DNA from: Bacillota bacterium
GTDB taxonomy: Bacteria; Bacillota; Dehalobacteriia; UBA4068
DNA: 64,000 nucleotides
Reading direction: 5' to 3'
NCBI GenBank assembly: GCA_050942825.1
Contig: JBMNOA010000004.1
Coordinates: 357 to 64,356 of the forward strand
The position numbers and the translations under genes are program-made. Shown in pieces: positions 28,654 through 37,209 of the stretch (positions are counted from its first letter, which is position 1; every line of letters begins with the position of its first letter). A model generated the notes under the pieces. That model was not told where the DNA came from and ran no database searches. It worked only from the letters and a program-made list of their open reading frames with translations.

Positions 28654-30183
28654 TTACAGCATTTTTCTATCCAAATTTCTATACTGGATAGCTTCGGCAA
28701 TATGTTCTATGCCGATCTGGTCTGCGGCGGCCAAATCAGCAATAGTCCTGGCCACTTTTAAAATCCTGTCATGAGAGCGGGCGCTCAGTTGCAGTTGATT
28801 GAACACCTGACGCATCATTTCGCTTCCCTCATCATCCAATTGACAATACTTTTCTAAATCTCTTTTGTTCATCATCGCATTACAGGTAAGACCGGCTGGC
28901 TTAAGTCGCTCACTTTGCCTAGTCCTGGCAGCTTCCACCCTTTTTTTTATGATAGTCGAGCTTTCGCTTGATTTTGATGAGGAAATCTCGCCATATTTAA
29001 TTCTGGGCACTTCTATATGTAGATCGATCCTATCCCAAAGCGGGCCTGATATCTTAGCTAAATATTTTTTTATGGCGTATTCACTGCAAGTACATTCTTT
29101 GAGGTTGTCCCCATAATAACCGCAAGGGCAAGGATTAAGAGCCCCTACCAACTGAAAAGCAGCGGGAAAAGCCACCCTGCCGCTGACCCTTGATACAACG
29201 ACCGTACGATCCTCCAAAGGTTGTCTTAAAGCTTCCAACACATCACGAGCAAATTCTGGCATTTCATCCAAAAAGAGGATGCCATGACTGGCCAGGCTGA
29301 CTTCGCCGGGCTTGGGGTGGGCGCCGCCGCCGATGATACTGGCGGAAGATGCGCCATGATGAGGAGCCCTGAAGGGCCTTACGGTAATCAGAGGCTGGTC
29401 CTGCGGCAATAGGCCGGCCACGCTAAATATTTTGGTCACTTCCATACTTTCCGCTAAGGTTAAATCAGGCATAATAGAGGGCAATCTTCTGGCCAGCATA
29501 GTTTTTCCGGAACCAGGAGGCCCGATCAAAAGGATATTATGCCCTCCCGCAGCAGCAATCTCCAAAGCTCTTTTGACACCTTCCTGGCCTTTGACATCAC
29601 CCATATCATAAATATCCGTTCCCTGAGCATGGGCAAAAAGTTTATCAGTATCCACAGTAACAGGCTGAACATGCTGCTCACCCTGTAAAATAGGCAATAA
29701 CCCTTTGAGGTGCGAAGCTTCATAATAATTCATATTACCAGCAATAGATGCTTCTCGAGCATTTTCCACAGGCAAAAAGAATTTGTCGTATAATTTAGAA
29801 AGGCAAGTGGCCATCGCCAAAGCACCGGAAACGGGACGTATTGCACCTTCTAAAGATAATTCGCCCACAAAAGCACTGTTTAGTAAATTGCTATCGGATA
29901 TTTGGCCAGTAGCAGCCAATATACCAATAGCAATTGGTAAGTCAAAAAGAGCACCTTCTTTTTTTATTGCGGCTGGGGCCAAATTAACGGTAATACGCCG
30001 CAAGGGAAATTCCAAATTAGAATTTCTGATAGCGGCTCTTACTCTTTCCTTACTCTCTTTAACCGACGCGTCGGGCAGGCCCACGATATCAAAAGCAGGT
30101 AAGCCCGCGCTCACATCTACTTCTACTTTTACCGGGTAGCCATCTACACCCAAAACAGCACAACTATTGATGATTGCTAGCAA
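28654..30183 (-). CDS. comM: ComM/YifB Mg-chelatase-like AAA+ ATPase
   Basis: IVGLPDASVKESKERV, GPPGSGKTMLA, RAPHH, LDEMPEF, NPCPCG, LSARSHDRILKVARTIADL; TTG start inferred. Confidence 0.93.
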   Translation of the reverse strand: MLAIINSCAVLGVDGYPVKVEVDVSAGLPAFDIVGLPDASVKESKERVRAAIRNSNLEFPLRRITVNLAPAAIKKEGALFDLPIAIGILAATGQISDSNLLNSAFVGELSLEGAIRPVSGALAMATCLSKLYDKFFLPVENAREASIAGNMNYYEASHLKGLLPILQGEQHVQPVTVDTDKLFAHAQGTDIYDMGDVKGQEGVKRALEIAAAGGHNILLIGPPGSGKTMLARRLPSIMPDLTLAESMEVTKIFSVAGLLPQDQPLITVRPFRAPHHGASSASIIGGGAHPKPGEVSLASHGILFLDEMPEFARDVLEALRQPLEDRTVVVSRVSGRVAFPAAFQLVGALNPCPCGYYGDNLKECTCSEYAIKKYLAKISGPLWDRIDLHIEVPRIKYGEISSSKSSESSTIIKKRVEAARTRQSERLKPAGLTCNAMMNKRDLEKYCQLDDEGSEMMRQVFNQLQLSARSHDRILKVARTIADLAAADQIGIEHIAEAIQYRNLDRKML

Positions 30184-30226
30184 AAAATCACCCTTTTCCG
30201 GTACCATGTTTTGCCTATTCCAATAT

Positions 30227-30255
30227 ATTTTCGACGCTCAAATACTTTTCCCTGC
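30227..30255 (-). promoter_or_regulatory. SigH-like promoter of comM
   Basis: GCAGGGAAA-11-GTCGAAAAT; AGGG...GTCGAA architecture like the B. subtilis spo0A Ps promoter. Confidence 0.5.
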
Positions 30256-30265
30256 CCACAAAAGA

Positions 30266-30299
30266 AAAAGCCCCTTATCACTAGTACTGTAGGGGCTTG
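30266..30299 (-). terminator. Terminator after the nuclease gene
   Basis: AAGCCCCT...AGGGGCTT stem followed by a U-rich tract on the minus strand. Confidence 0.65.
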
Positions 30300-30330
30300 A
30301 TAATTTACCTATAATAGTAACGGCTCATCT

Positions 30331-31368
30331 CTATTTTGGATCACATACACTACAGGCGGTATAACCTTTTTGCCGGGCCTCTTCGATAGTAGCAAAGAAA
30401 ATCCTATTCTCTTCTTTTATTTTCAGCGCATATGCGCATTCAGAATCATGAAATTTATCGGAAGACAGACTGCCCATATATGTGCCGCTTTTTGTAGGCA
30501 TATTGTTTTTCTCACCAGAATTACTAGCCTGGTTGCCGTACGTTTCCCAGATGCCGATGCCCTTGGCTTGAGCGGTTTTTTCCAGAGCAATAAAATCATC
30601 AACATATTTGACATTAGGTGGAAAAGTAGCTACCGCTGCATGGCCTTGTTCCAATAGTATTTTATTAAACATTTTCCCGTTTAAATACACATATGCCAAA
30701 AGTCTGTTATATTTATCTCTTTTTTGCACATCAAATTCCAGCTCTACCTCTTCGCCTTGCAATTGGTTTTTGGTGAAATCGGCGGCGATTTTGCCATACG
30801 GCACATTTCTTTGCTCATCAGGGTGTACACTTTCGGGAGTATCTATACCGATCAAACGGACTTTTTCGGGTGTTCCGTTATAGTCGATCTCTATGGTGTC
30901 GCCATCAATGACCTTGATTATTTTATATGTTTTGCTAGCGGCCGCTGTCTCAGTCTTGATTATAATATCTTTGCCGCTCCAGTCAACCTGGCAATCCAAG
31001 CTCTCGGCCACAAAACGCAGTGGCACCATAATTCTGTTATTGATGGTTTTAGCGGCAATATCCAGCTCTATCTTAGTATTGTTTTTATAAGCATATTTAT
31101 TATTTAAGTGAATGCTGACAGTAGTGTTAGCTTTATTTATCAAAACAGTTTTTGTTGGGGCATGCCAAGAAACATCTGCGCCGATAGCCTCAAAGACGGC
31201 TCGCATGGGTACTAAGGTAGTTTGCGCCTCCAGCTGGGGCGGTGTATCGAATTTCAGCTTCTGTCCATCTACATAAACATTAATACCATTTGAGGCTGAT
31301 ATCACTACAGAAAAGCTCAAAATCAGTATTACTATCAAGCCTATTATGAGAAGCGGTTTCTTTTTCAT
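30331..31368 (-). CDS. Secreted thermonuclease (SNase) with a copper-amine-oxidase N-terminal-like domain and a C-terminal Cys/His metal-binding domain
   Basis: Signal peptide MKKKPLLIIG...; TLVPMRAVFEAIGA/IMVPLRFVAESL; VIDGDT, VRLIGIDTPE, DKYNRLLAYV; KFHDSEC...GYTACSVC. Confidence 0.85.
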   Translation of the reverse strand: MKKKPLLIIGLIVILILSFSVVISASNGINVYVDGQKLKFDTPPQLEAQTTLVPMRAVFEAIGADVSWHAPTKTVLINKANTTVSIHLNNKYAYKNNTKIELDIAAKTINNRIMVPLRFVAESLDCQVDWSGKDIIIKTETAAASKTYKIIKVIDGDTIEIDYNGTPEKVRLIGIDTPESVHPDEQRNVPYGKIAADFTKNQLQGEEVELEFDVQKRDKYNRLLAYVYLNGKMFNKILLEQGHAAVATFPPNVKYVDDFIALEKTAQAKGIGIWETYGNQASNSGEKNNMPTKSGTYMGSLSSDKFHDSECAYALKIKEENRIFFATIEEARQKGYTACSVCDPK

Positions 31369-32278
31369 TATTAATATCCCCTTTAGCATCTTGTCCTACT
31401 AAAAAGTTAATACTTCTTGGCTGATTGATGATTTGCACTTCTTTTTGCCAACCGCCACTTTCTCCGTCCAGACACCAGGAAACTTCTTGCTCAGAGGTTA
31501 TGTTGATTTTTGCGGCATGTAGAAGTAAAACATCATCTTTATCATATTGTTGTCTCAATAAATCTGTAATAATAGAACTTAGATGCAATGTATTACGGGG
31601 GGACTTGACCAGTAACATCTCAAATAATCCATCATTGAGCTGAACATATTTTTGTTTATATTTGACCAGTCCGCCCATCGACAGGGAATTTGTAATCGCA
31701 CCAAAAGTAAAATCATCTTCTATGATATGGCCATCATACTCTATCTTCATATGATAAGATGGGAGTTTGGTAAAAGTTTTCATTCCCTCCAATACATAGG
31801 CCAGATGACCGAGAGAGGTTTTGAGCTGTTGAGAGGTATTGTAAGGAACATCGGAAAAAATACCAAAAGCAGCTACATAATCAAAATAAAGTTTTTGATT
31901 AAACATACCAATATCATAAGGAAAGAGCTTGCCCTCAATAATAGTTTCCGCTGCTTTGAGCATATTTTTAGGTATTTTCAAACTAGTGGCTAAATCATTT
32001 GTTGTACCCACCGGTATAAATCCTAACGGAGGACGTTTTTGGTGCATCATCATACCAGATATCACTTCATTTAATGTGCCATCTCCGCCGCAACAAATAA
32101 CCAGATCATATTTTGACATATTTTTTTTCACAATATTTGTGGCATCATTTTTTCCTTGCGTAGGAAAAACCGTAACCTCATAACCATGGCGAAAAAATAT
32201 ATTTACCAAATCAAATAACTTGTTTTTTGATTGCTGTTTGCCAGCACATGGATTGATGATAACCATAGCATTTTTCAT
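31280..32278 (-). CDS. Diacylglycerol/lipid kinase family (YegS/BmrU-like)
   Basis: INPCAG, GGDGTLNEV, PVGTTND, LDGE. Confidence 0.9.
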   Translation of the reverse strand: MKNAMVIINPCAGKQQSKNKLFDLVNIFFRHGYEVTVFPTQGKNDATNIVKKNMSKYDLVICCGGDGTLNEVISGMMMHQKRPPLGFIPVGTTNDLATSLKIPKNMLKAAETIIEGKLFPYDIGMFNQKLYFDYVAAFGIFSDVPYNTSQQLKTSLGHLAYVLEGMKTFTKLPSYHMKIEYDGHIIEDDFTFGAITNSLSMGGLVKYKQKYVQLNDGLFEMLLVKSPRNTLHLSSIITDLLRQQYDKDDVLLLHAAKINITSEQEVSWCLDGESGGWQKEVQIINQPRSINFLVGQDAKGDINNEKETASHNRLDSNTDFELFCSDISLKWY

Positions 32279-32426
32279 TTTTTAAGGAATCCCCCGTAAA
32301 ATCTTAGGTGATTATACTATAATATTGTACTAAAGACTTGAATTTGATTCAATATTATTGTATTTCGGAATTTTTAGCGTGTAAGTAAATTTTTTTAGTA
32401 TGGTTATCATGTCTAACTATTATGCT

Positions 32427-32465
32427 GATAATAAAGCAATGCTCTTTGAGCATTGCTTTATTATC
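32427..32465 (-). terminator. Perfect 18-bp hairpin at the end of ispA
   Basis: GATAATAAAGCAATGCTC-ttt-GAGCATTGCTTTATTATC, overlapping the ispA stop. Confidence 0.75.
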
Positions 32466-33345
32466 TATCTCTATTCAAAAAACAATCCGGCACTTGCCGC
32501 AGAATATGGGCTTTGTCACCTAAAGGCTCCAATAGTCTCTGAGCTTCTTGGGCAGACGCCTGCCCTAGACGTCTGGCTTCCGCTAACCCCAATAAAGATA
32601 TATAAGTGGTTTTTTTATTTTTGGCATCACTACCTAATGGTTTTCCAATTTTCTGCTGATCTCCCACCACATCTAGTATATCATCAGCGATCTGAAAAAC
32701 CAGACCTATTTTTTCGGCATATGCCGCTAAGATTTTTGTGTACTTTTCATCAGCATCAGCCAAAATGGCGGCACTGACTACAGCGGCTTTAAAAAGAGCT
32801 CCAGTTTTATGTTTATGAATAAATTGCAGTTGCTCCTCGGTCAAAGGCTGACCTTCGCAAGCTATATCAACAACCTGTCCCACAATCATGCCCTTGATAC
32901 CGGCCGAAGAGGCAACTTCATCAATAGCTGCAAGTAAATTCTCAGCAGTAGTGTACGGAGCAACCCGGATCATACAATTAAAAGCGTAGGTCAGCAAAGC
33001 ATCACCGGCCAAAATAGCCTGCGCCTCATCAAAAGCTTTATGGCAAGTAGGTTTGCCCCGCCGGAAATCATCGTTATCCATAGCGGGCAGGTCATCATGG
33101 ATCAGGGAATAGGTATGGATCAATTCCAAAGCACAGGCAAAAGACAGAAATCGGCTGCTATCCTGGGCCAAAGCTTCCAGAGTAGCTAAAAAAAGGCAGG
33201 GACGCAAACGTTTACCACCGGCAAAAACACTATAACGCATAGCTTTGTACAAGACCTTTTCAGGGCCTTTTTCGGCAGGTAACAGTTTATCTAAGGTTAG
33301 GTCTATTTGTTGTCTTTTTTCTTGAAGATAATCCTGTAGATCCAT
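32461..33345 (-). CDS. ispA: Farnesyl/geranyl diphosphate synthase
   Basis: GGKRLRP, LIHDDLPAMDNDDFRRG, KTGALF, FQIADDILD. Confidence 0.95.
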   Translation of the reverse strand: MDLQDYLQEKRQQIDLTLDKLLPAEKGPEKVLYKAMRYSVFAGGKRLRPCLFLATLEALAQDSSRFLSFACALELIHTYSLIHDDLPAMDNDDFRRGKPTCHKAFDEAQAILAGDALLTYAFNCMIRVAPYTTAENLLAAIDEVASSAGIKGMIVGQVVDIACEGQPLTEEQLQFIHKHKTGALFKAAVVSAAILADADEKYTKILAAYAEKIGLVFQIADDILDVVGDQQKIGKPLGSDAKNKKTTYISLLGLAEARRLGQASAQEAQRLLEPLGDKAHILRQVPDCFLNRDR

Positions 33346-33357
33346 AGTAATCCCTTT

Positions 33358-33558
33358 CTATGAATTCTTGATCTCAGCAATGGTTTGTTGCATTTTTTCC
33401 TCTGCCTTATCTAGCTTATTACGGCAAGTTTCAAGCATCTTGACACCTTCGGCAAAAACAGACAAAAGCTCCTCCAAAGGTTTTTGCTCTTCTTCCATTT
33501 CTTTTATGATTTCTTCTAAACGGCAAAAGGCTTCCTCAAAGCTTAATTTCTTTTTCAT
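33358..33558 (-). CDS. xseB: Exodeoxyribonuclease VII small subunit
   Basis: SFEEAF.RLEEII..ME....LEE....F.EG......C...L..AE. Confidence 0.92.
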   Translation of the reverse strand: MKKKLSFEEAFCRLEEIIKEMEEEQKPLEELLSVFAEGVKMLETCRNKLDKAEEKMQQTIAEIKNS

Positions 33559-33559
33559 C

Positions 33560-34771
33560 TTACAACTCCTTATCATCTACTCGGCAGCATAAAAGCCCCT
33601 TATGTAAAGTAACATTGATCTTCTCTCCAATATCCGCTTGACGAGCGTCAAGCAGGATTTGACCGTCATCTTTAGTGCAAAAAGCATAACCGCGAGCCAA
33701 AACTGACAAGGGATTGAGCAAATTTAGCTCAGTAGCTAAAGCAATTACTTGCTGCTCTCTTTTCTCCAAAGCCCTTTGCCCAAGTTCGAGCAAACTTTGC
33801 TCTGCAGTATCTAGGGCCATTTGCTTGGTTCGTAATATTAAAGACGGCTGAGTAAACAAGGGATTGTCTGATAAAATTTGCCAAGCGGCTCTTTTTCGCG
33901 CTAACTGTTCCTTTACAGCAGCTTCCAAGCGCTCTTGATAATGCTGCAGGACAGTTTGCCATTTATGGGAGTCAGGCACCGACAATTCTGCCGCATGGCT
34001 TGGTGTAGCGGCTCTGATATCGGCAGCCAAATCTGCTAATGTGTAATCAATCTCATGGCCTATAGCTGTGATTATAGGGGTTTTAGCCGCGGCAATAGCA
34101 CGCACGACAAGCTCAGTATTGAAGGCTGATAAATCCTCATAAGAACCACCGCCGCGGGCTACGATGATGAGATCATAGGCTTTTTTATCGGCTTGAATGA
34201 TCGCCGCGGCTATTTGAGCAGCCGCTGCCTCTCCCTGAACCAAAGTGGGGAAAAGGTCTAAAGAGATTTGGGGCCAGCGGTCATAAGCTATTCTTTGGAT
34301 ATCAGCCCAAGCGGCTCCTTCGGCGGAAGTCACCACGGCAATACGCTGTGGGAACAAGGGTAAGGGCTTTTTAAGCTTTTCATCAAAAAGCCCTTCTTGC
34401 GCCAGAGTTTTTTTCAATTGATCCAAAGCCAAAAAATCCCGGCCGGCTCCTACAGCAAAGATTTCCTCTACATAAAGCTGGCAAGAGGCATCTTTTTCAT
34501 ACAAAAAGACACTGCCAAAAGCAACTATATCCATACCGTTTTCAGGCACAAAAGTCAGATTGCTTTTATAACGGCGAAAAATAACACAACTGATAGAAGA
34601 TTTTTGATCTTTCAAGGTAAAATAGATATGACCTGATTTATGCTCTTTGTAGCCGCTGATCTCGCCCTTTACAGCAATAGAATTAAGAAACTCATCTTCC
34701 AGGAGTATCTCTTTGAGATAATAATTCAGTTGTGAAACACTATAAGCTTCTATTTGTTGAACTACAGCCAT
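33560..34771 (-). CDS. xseA: Exodeoxyribonuclease VII large subunit
   Basis: GEISG...SGHIYFTLKD, ARGGGSYEDL, IGHEID...D..AD.RAATPS. Confidence 0.96.
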   Translation of the reverse strand: MAVVQQIEAYSVSQLNYYLKEILLEDEFLNSIAVKGEISGYKEHKSGHIYFTLKDQKSSISCVIFRRYKSNLTFVPENGMDIVAFGSVFLYEKDASCQLYVEEIFAVGAGRDFLALDQLKKTLAQEGLFDEKLKKPLPLFPQRIAVVTSAEGAAWADIQRIAYDRWPQISLDLFPTLVQGEAAAAQIAAAIIQADKKAYDLIIVARGGGSYEDLSAFNTELVVRAIAAAKTPIITAIGHEIDYTLADLAADIRAATPSHAAELSVPDSHKWQTVLQHYQERLEAAVKEQLARKRAAWQILSDNPLFTQPSLILRTKQMALDTAEQSLLELGQRALEKREQQVIALATELNLLNPLSVLARGYAFCTKDDGQILLDARQADIGEKINVTLHKGLLCCRVDDKEL

Positions 34772-34779
34772 CTTTTCAC

Positions 34780-37209
34780 CTATTGTTTATTTTTTTCTTT
34801 AAATTGGCGTAAGACATCTACCAATTGTTCTAAATTTTCAACTTTTGGAAATTCTCCCTGGTAAAGTTCAATATGCTTATAAATCATATCTAATAACGCT
34901 TCTTCTGAGGGCGCCACAGGATTATGATTGATATCGACTCCGTTATGATCGAGTACCAAGCCCCAACGACCCAAAGAGCAGATTTTCCCTTGGGTAGGCT
35001 CTACGCTGACGAGCCAATCGCCGTAGTATGAAAGCTGCACCGGACAGGCCTCTGGACAATATGGACATACGGTTTGCACTTTTTCTGTCGGTAGAGGCGG
35101 TGTTTTGCCCAAGGGCCAGCGCAAGGTAATAGCTCCGGTAGGACAAAAAGATACACAAGCCCCGCAGCCCACGCAATCACTATCTTTAAGCGGCATCATA
35201 TAGGGCGGTGCAGCCTGAGTATCGAAGCCCCGACCCCAATAGCTAAGCGCCTCGGCCTGTACCAGATGACGGCAAACATTGATACATAAGCCGCAGAGTA
35301 TGCACTTGTTCATATTACGCCAGATCGTAGGTTGAGAAGTTTCTCTGGCATTGATATGGACTTCACCTTTAAATACTTTTCCTTGGGGATTATACTCTTG
35401 TAACAGCGGTAATAATTTACATTCATATAAATCATGGCAACCGCATTCCAAGCAACGGGAAGCTTCCTGTTGGGCTTCATATTCCGTAAAGGGCAAAGTC
35501 ACCTCATCAAAAGTATGCTTTCTTTCGTGAGCAGGCAAATAAGCAGGTTTAACCCTGTTGGCAAGTTTATGAGGGGCAATTTCCTTAGGTTCATAGTCCT
35601 CATTGACAACCAGGAAGGGGTTTATAACAGGCCTAATCTCTCCAGCTAAATAACTGTCGATAACTTTAGCTGCATTTTTGCCATGGGCAATAGCGCTGAT
35701 AGCAATATCGGGGCCTTTGTTGACAGCATCACCGCCGGCGAAGACTCCAGGCAAATTGCTGCAATATGTGCCTTCGTCAACAACAATGGTTTTGCGGCCG
35801 GATAGCTCGATATTATCCAAGCCATCGACTGCAACTTTTTGGCCGATAGCAGCAATAATCCTATCATATCTAACATCATCTACTGCGCCTTCGATAGGTA
35901 CAGGTCTGGGGCGGCCACTGGCATCAGGTTCGCCCAATTTCATTTTTTGCAAGGTTAAACCTACTGCGCGTCCGTTTTCTTCTATAACCTTGGTGGGTGC
36001 CGTCAGAAAACGCATCCACACACCTTCTTGATCAGCCTCTTTTACTTCCCATTTAGCAGCGGGCATTTCTTTGTTAGTACGTCTATAAAGCAGATCTACA
36101 TGTGAAGCACCTAAACGCAAAGCTGTGCGGGCTGCATCTATGGCAGTATTACCGCCTCCCACCACAGCCACTTTTTCTCCTTGGCAGGATACTTGGTTTT
36201 GTGCAGCCTGAAGCAAAAACTCCAATCCGCCGTAAACACCGGGCAGATTTTCTCCCTCGCAGCCCAAGGCACTGCTTTTCCAAGCACCGATTGCCAAAAA
36301 TACGGCATCATAGGCCTCTTTTAACTTGGCTATGGTGATATCTCGGCCCAGACATTTGTGATAATTTATTTTCAGGCCCATATTTTCTATCAGAGCAATC
36401 TCTTTATCTAAAACATCTTTAGGCAGGCGATATTGTGGAATACCATAACGCAACATACCACCGGCTTTAGGCATAGATTCAAACATTTCCACTTCATGAC
36501 CTAATCGCAAAAGGAAATAAGCTGCGGAAAGTCCGGCCGGGCCACTACCTACTATGGCAACTTTTTTACCGCTTTTTTCCGCCATAGGAGGTTGATACTG
36601 TTGTTCCTGGGCAAGATCCCAGTCACCAGCAAATTGTTTGAGTTTGGCAATAGATAAGGGCTGACCGGCTAATTCTCTATGACAAATTTCATTGCATTCA
36701 TCGGAACATGCTTCCGGCAACGGCCAGCATTTAATGGATTTAGCTCTTCTACGACATTCATCTTCGCAAGGATGCGGACAAATCCTGCCGATACTGGCCG
36801 GCAGAGGGTTATCTTCTTTGATCAAACGTATGGCCTCAGCATAGCGGCCATTGGCAATCAGACCGATATAGCCCTGGCAATCATTATTGGCCGGGCAGGT
36901 ATTGCGGCAAGGCGGCCTGCAATCTCCTCTGTGATCAGATAAGATAAGCTTCAAAGCCATCTCTCTGGATTTGATTATGGCAGGAGTTCTAGTATTGATA
37001 ACCATACCATCTTCTGCTAAAGTAGCACAGGCACGCACGGCTTTCGGTCTGCCTTCGATCTCTACCAAACAAAGACCGCAACCACCATACGGTTCCAGAT
37101 AATGCGTATAACAAAGATTAGGGATCTCGATGCCATTGGCTAAAGCCACCTGTAAAATATTTTGTCCTTGTTCAAACTCTATGATTTTTCCATCAATTGT
37201 CAAGCTCAT
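34780..37209 (-). CDS. StnC/NfnA-like large subunit: [2Fe-2S] + GltD-like FAD/NADPH domain + NuoG/HydA-like FeS relay
   Basis: IPNLC..CGLC..C; GSGPAGL; GGGNTAIDAAR..YRR; CLECGC; CILCGLCINVC; CVGCGACVSFCP; CPYCPEAC; no H-cluster or Mo-bisPGD body. Confidence 0.8.
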   Translation of the reverse strand: MSLTIDGKIIEFEQGQNILQVALANGIEIPNLCYTHYLEPYGGCGLCLVEIEGRPKAVRACATLAEDGMVINTRTPAIIKSREMALKLILSDHRGDCRPPCRNTCPANNDCQGYIGLIANGRYAEAIRLIKEDNPLPASIGRICPHPCEDECRRRAKSIKCWPLPEACSDECNEICHRELAGQPLSIAKLKQFAGDWDLAQEQQYQPPMAEKSGKKVAIVGSGPAGLSAAYFLLRLGHEVEMFESMPKAGGMLRYGIPQYRLPKDVLDKEIALIENMGLKINYHKCLGRDITIAKLKEAYDAVFLAIGAWKSSALGCEGENLPGVYGGLEFLLQAAQNQVSCQGEKVAVVGGGNTAIDAARTALRLGASHVDLLYRRTNKEMPAAKWEVKEADQEGVWMRFLTAPTKVIEENGRAVGLTLQKMKLGEPDASGRPRPVPIEGAVDDVRYDRIIAAIGQKVAVDGLDNIELSGRKTIVVDEGTYCSNLPGVFAGGDAVNKGPDIAISAIAHGKNAAKVIDSYLAGEIRPVINPFLVVNEDYEPKEIAPHKLANRVKPAYLPAHERKHTFDEVTLPFTEYEAQQEASRCLECGCHDLYECKLLPLLQEYNPQGKVFKGEVHINARETSQPTIWRNMNKCILCGLCINVCRHLVQAEALSYWGRGFDTQAAPPYMMPLKDSDCVGCGACVSFCPTGAITLRWPLGKTPPLPTEKVQTVCPYCPEACPVQLSYYGDWLVSVEPTQGKICSLGRWGLVLDHNGVDINHNPVAPSEEALLDMIYKHIELYQGEFPKVENLEQLVDVLRQFKEKNKQ

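Noticed and set aside
34740-34800. Selenocysteine read-through or frameshift extending the large redox subunit
   Set aside because: The stop is not TGA, and xseA with its RBS begins immediately afterwards
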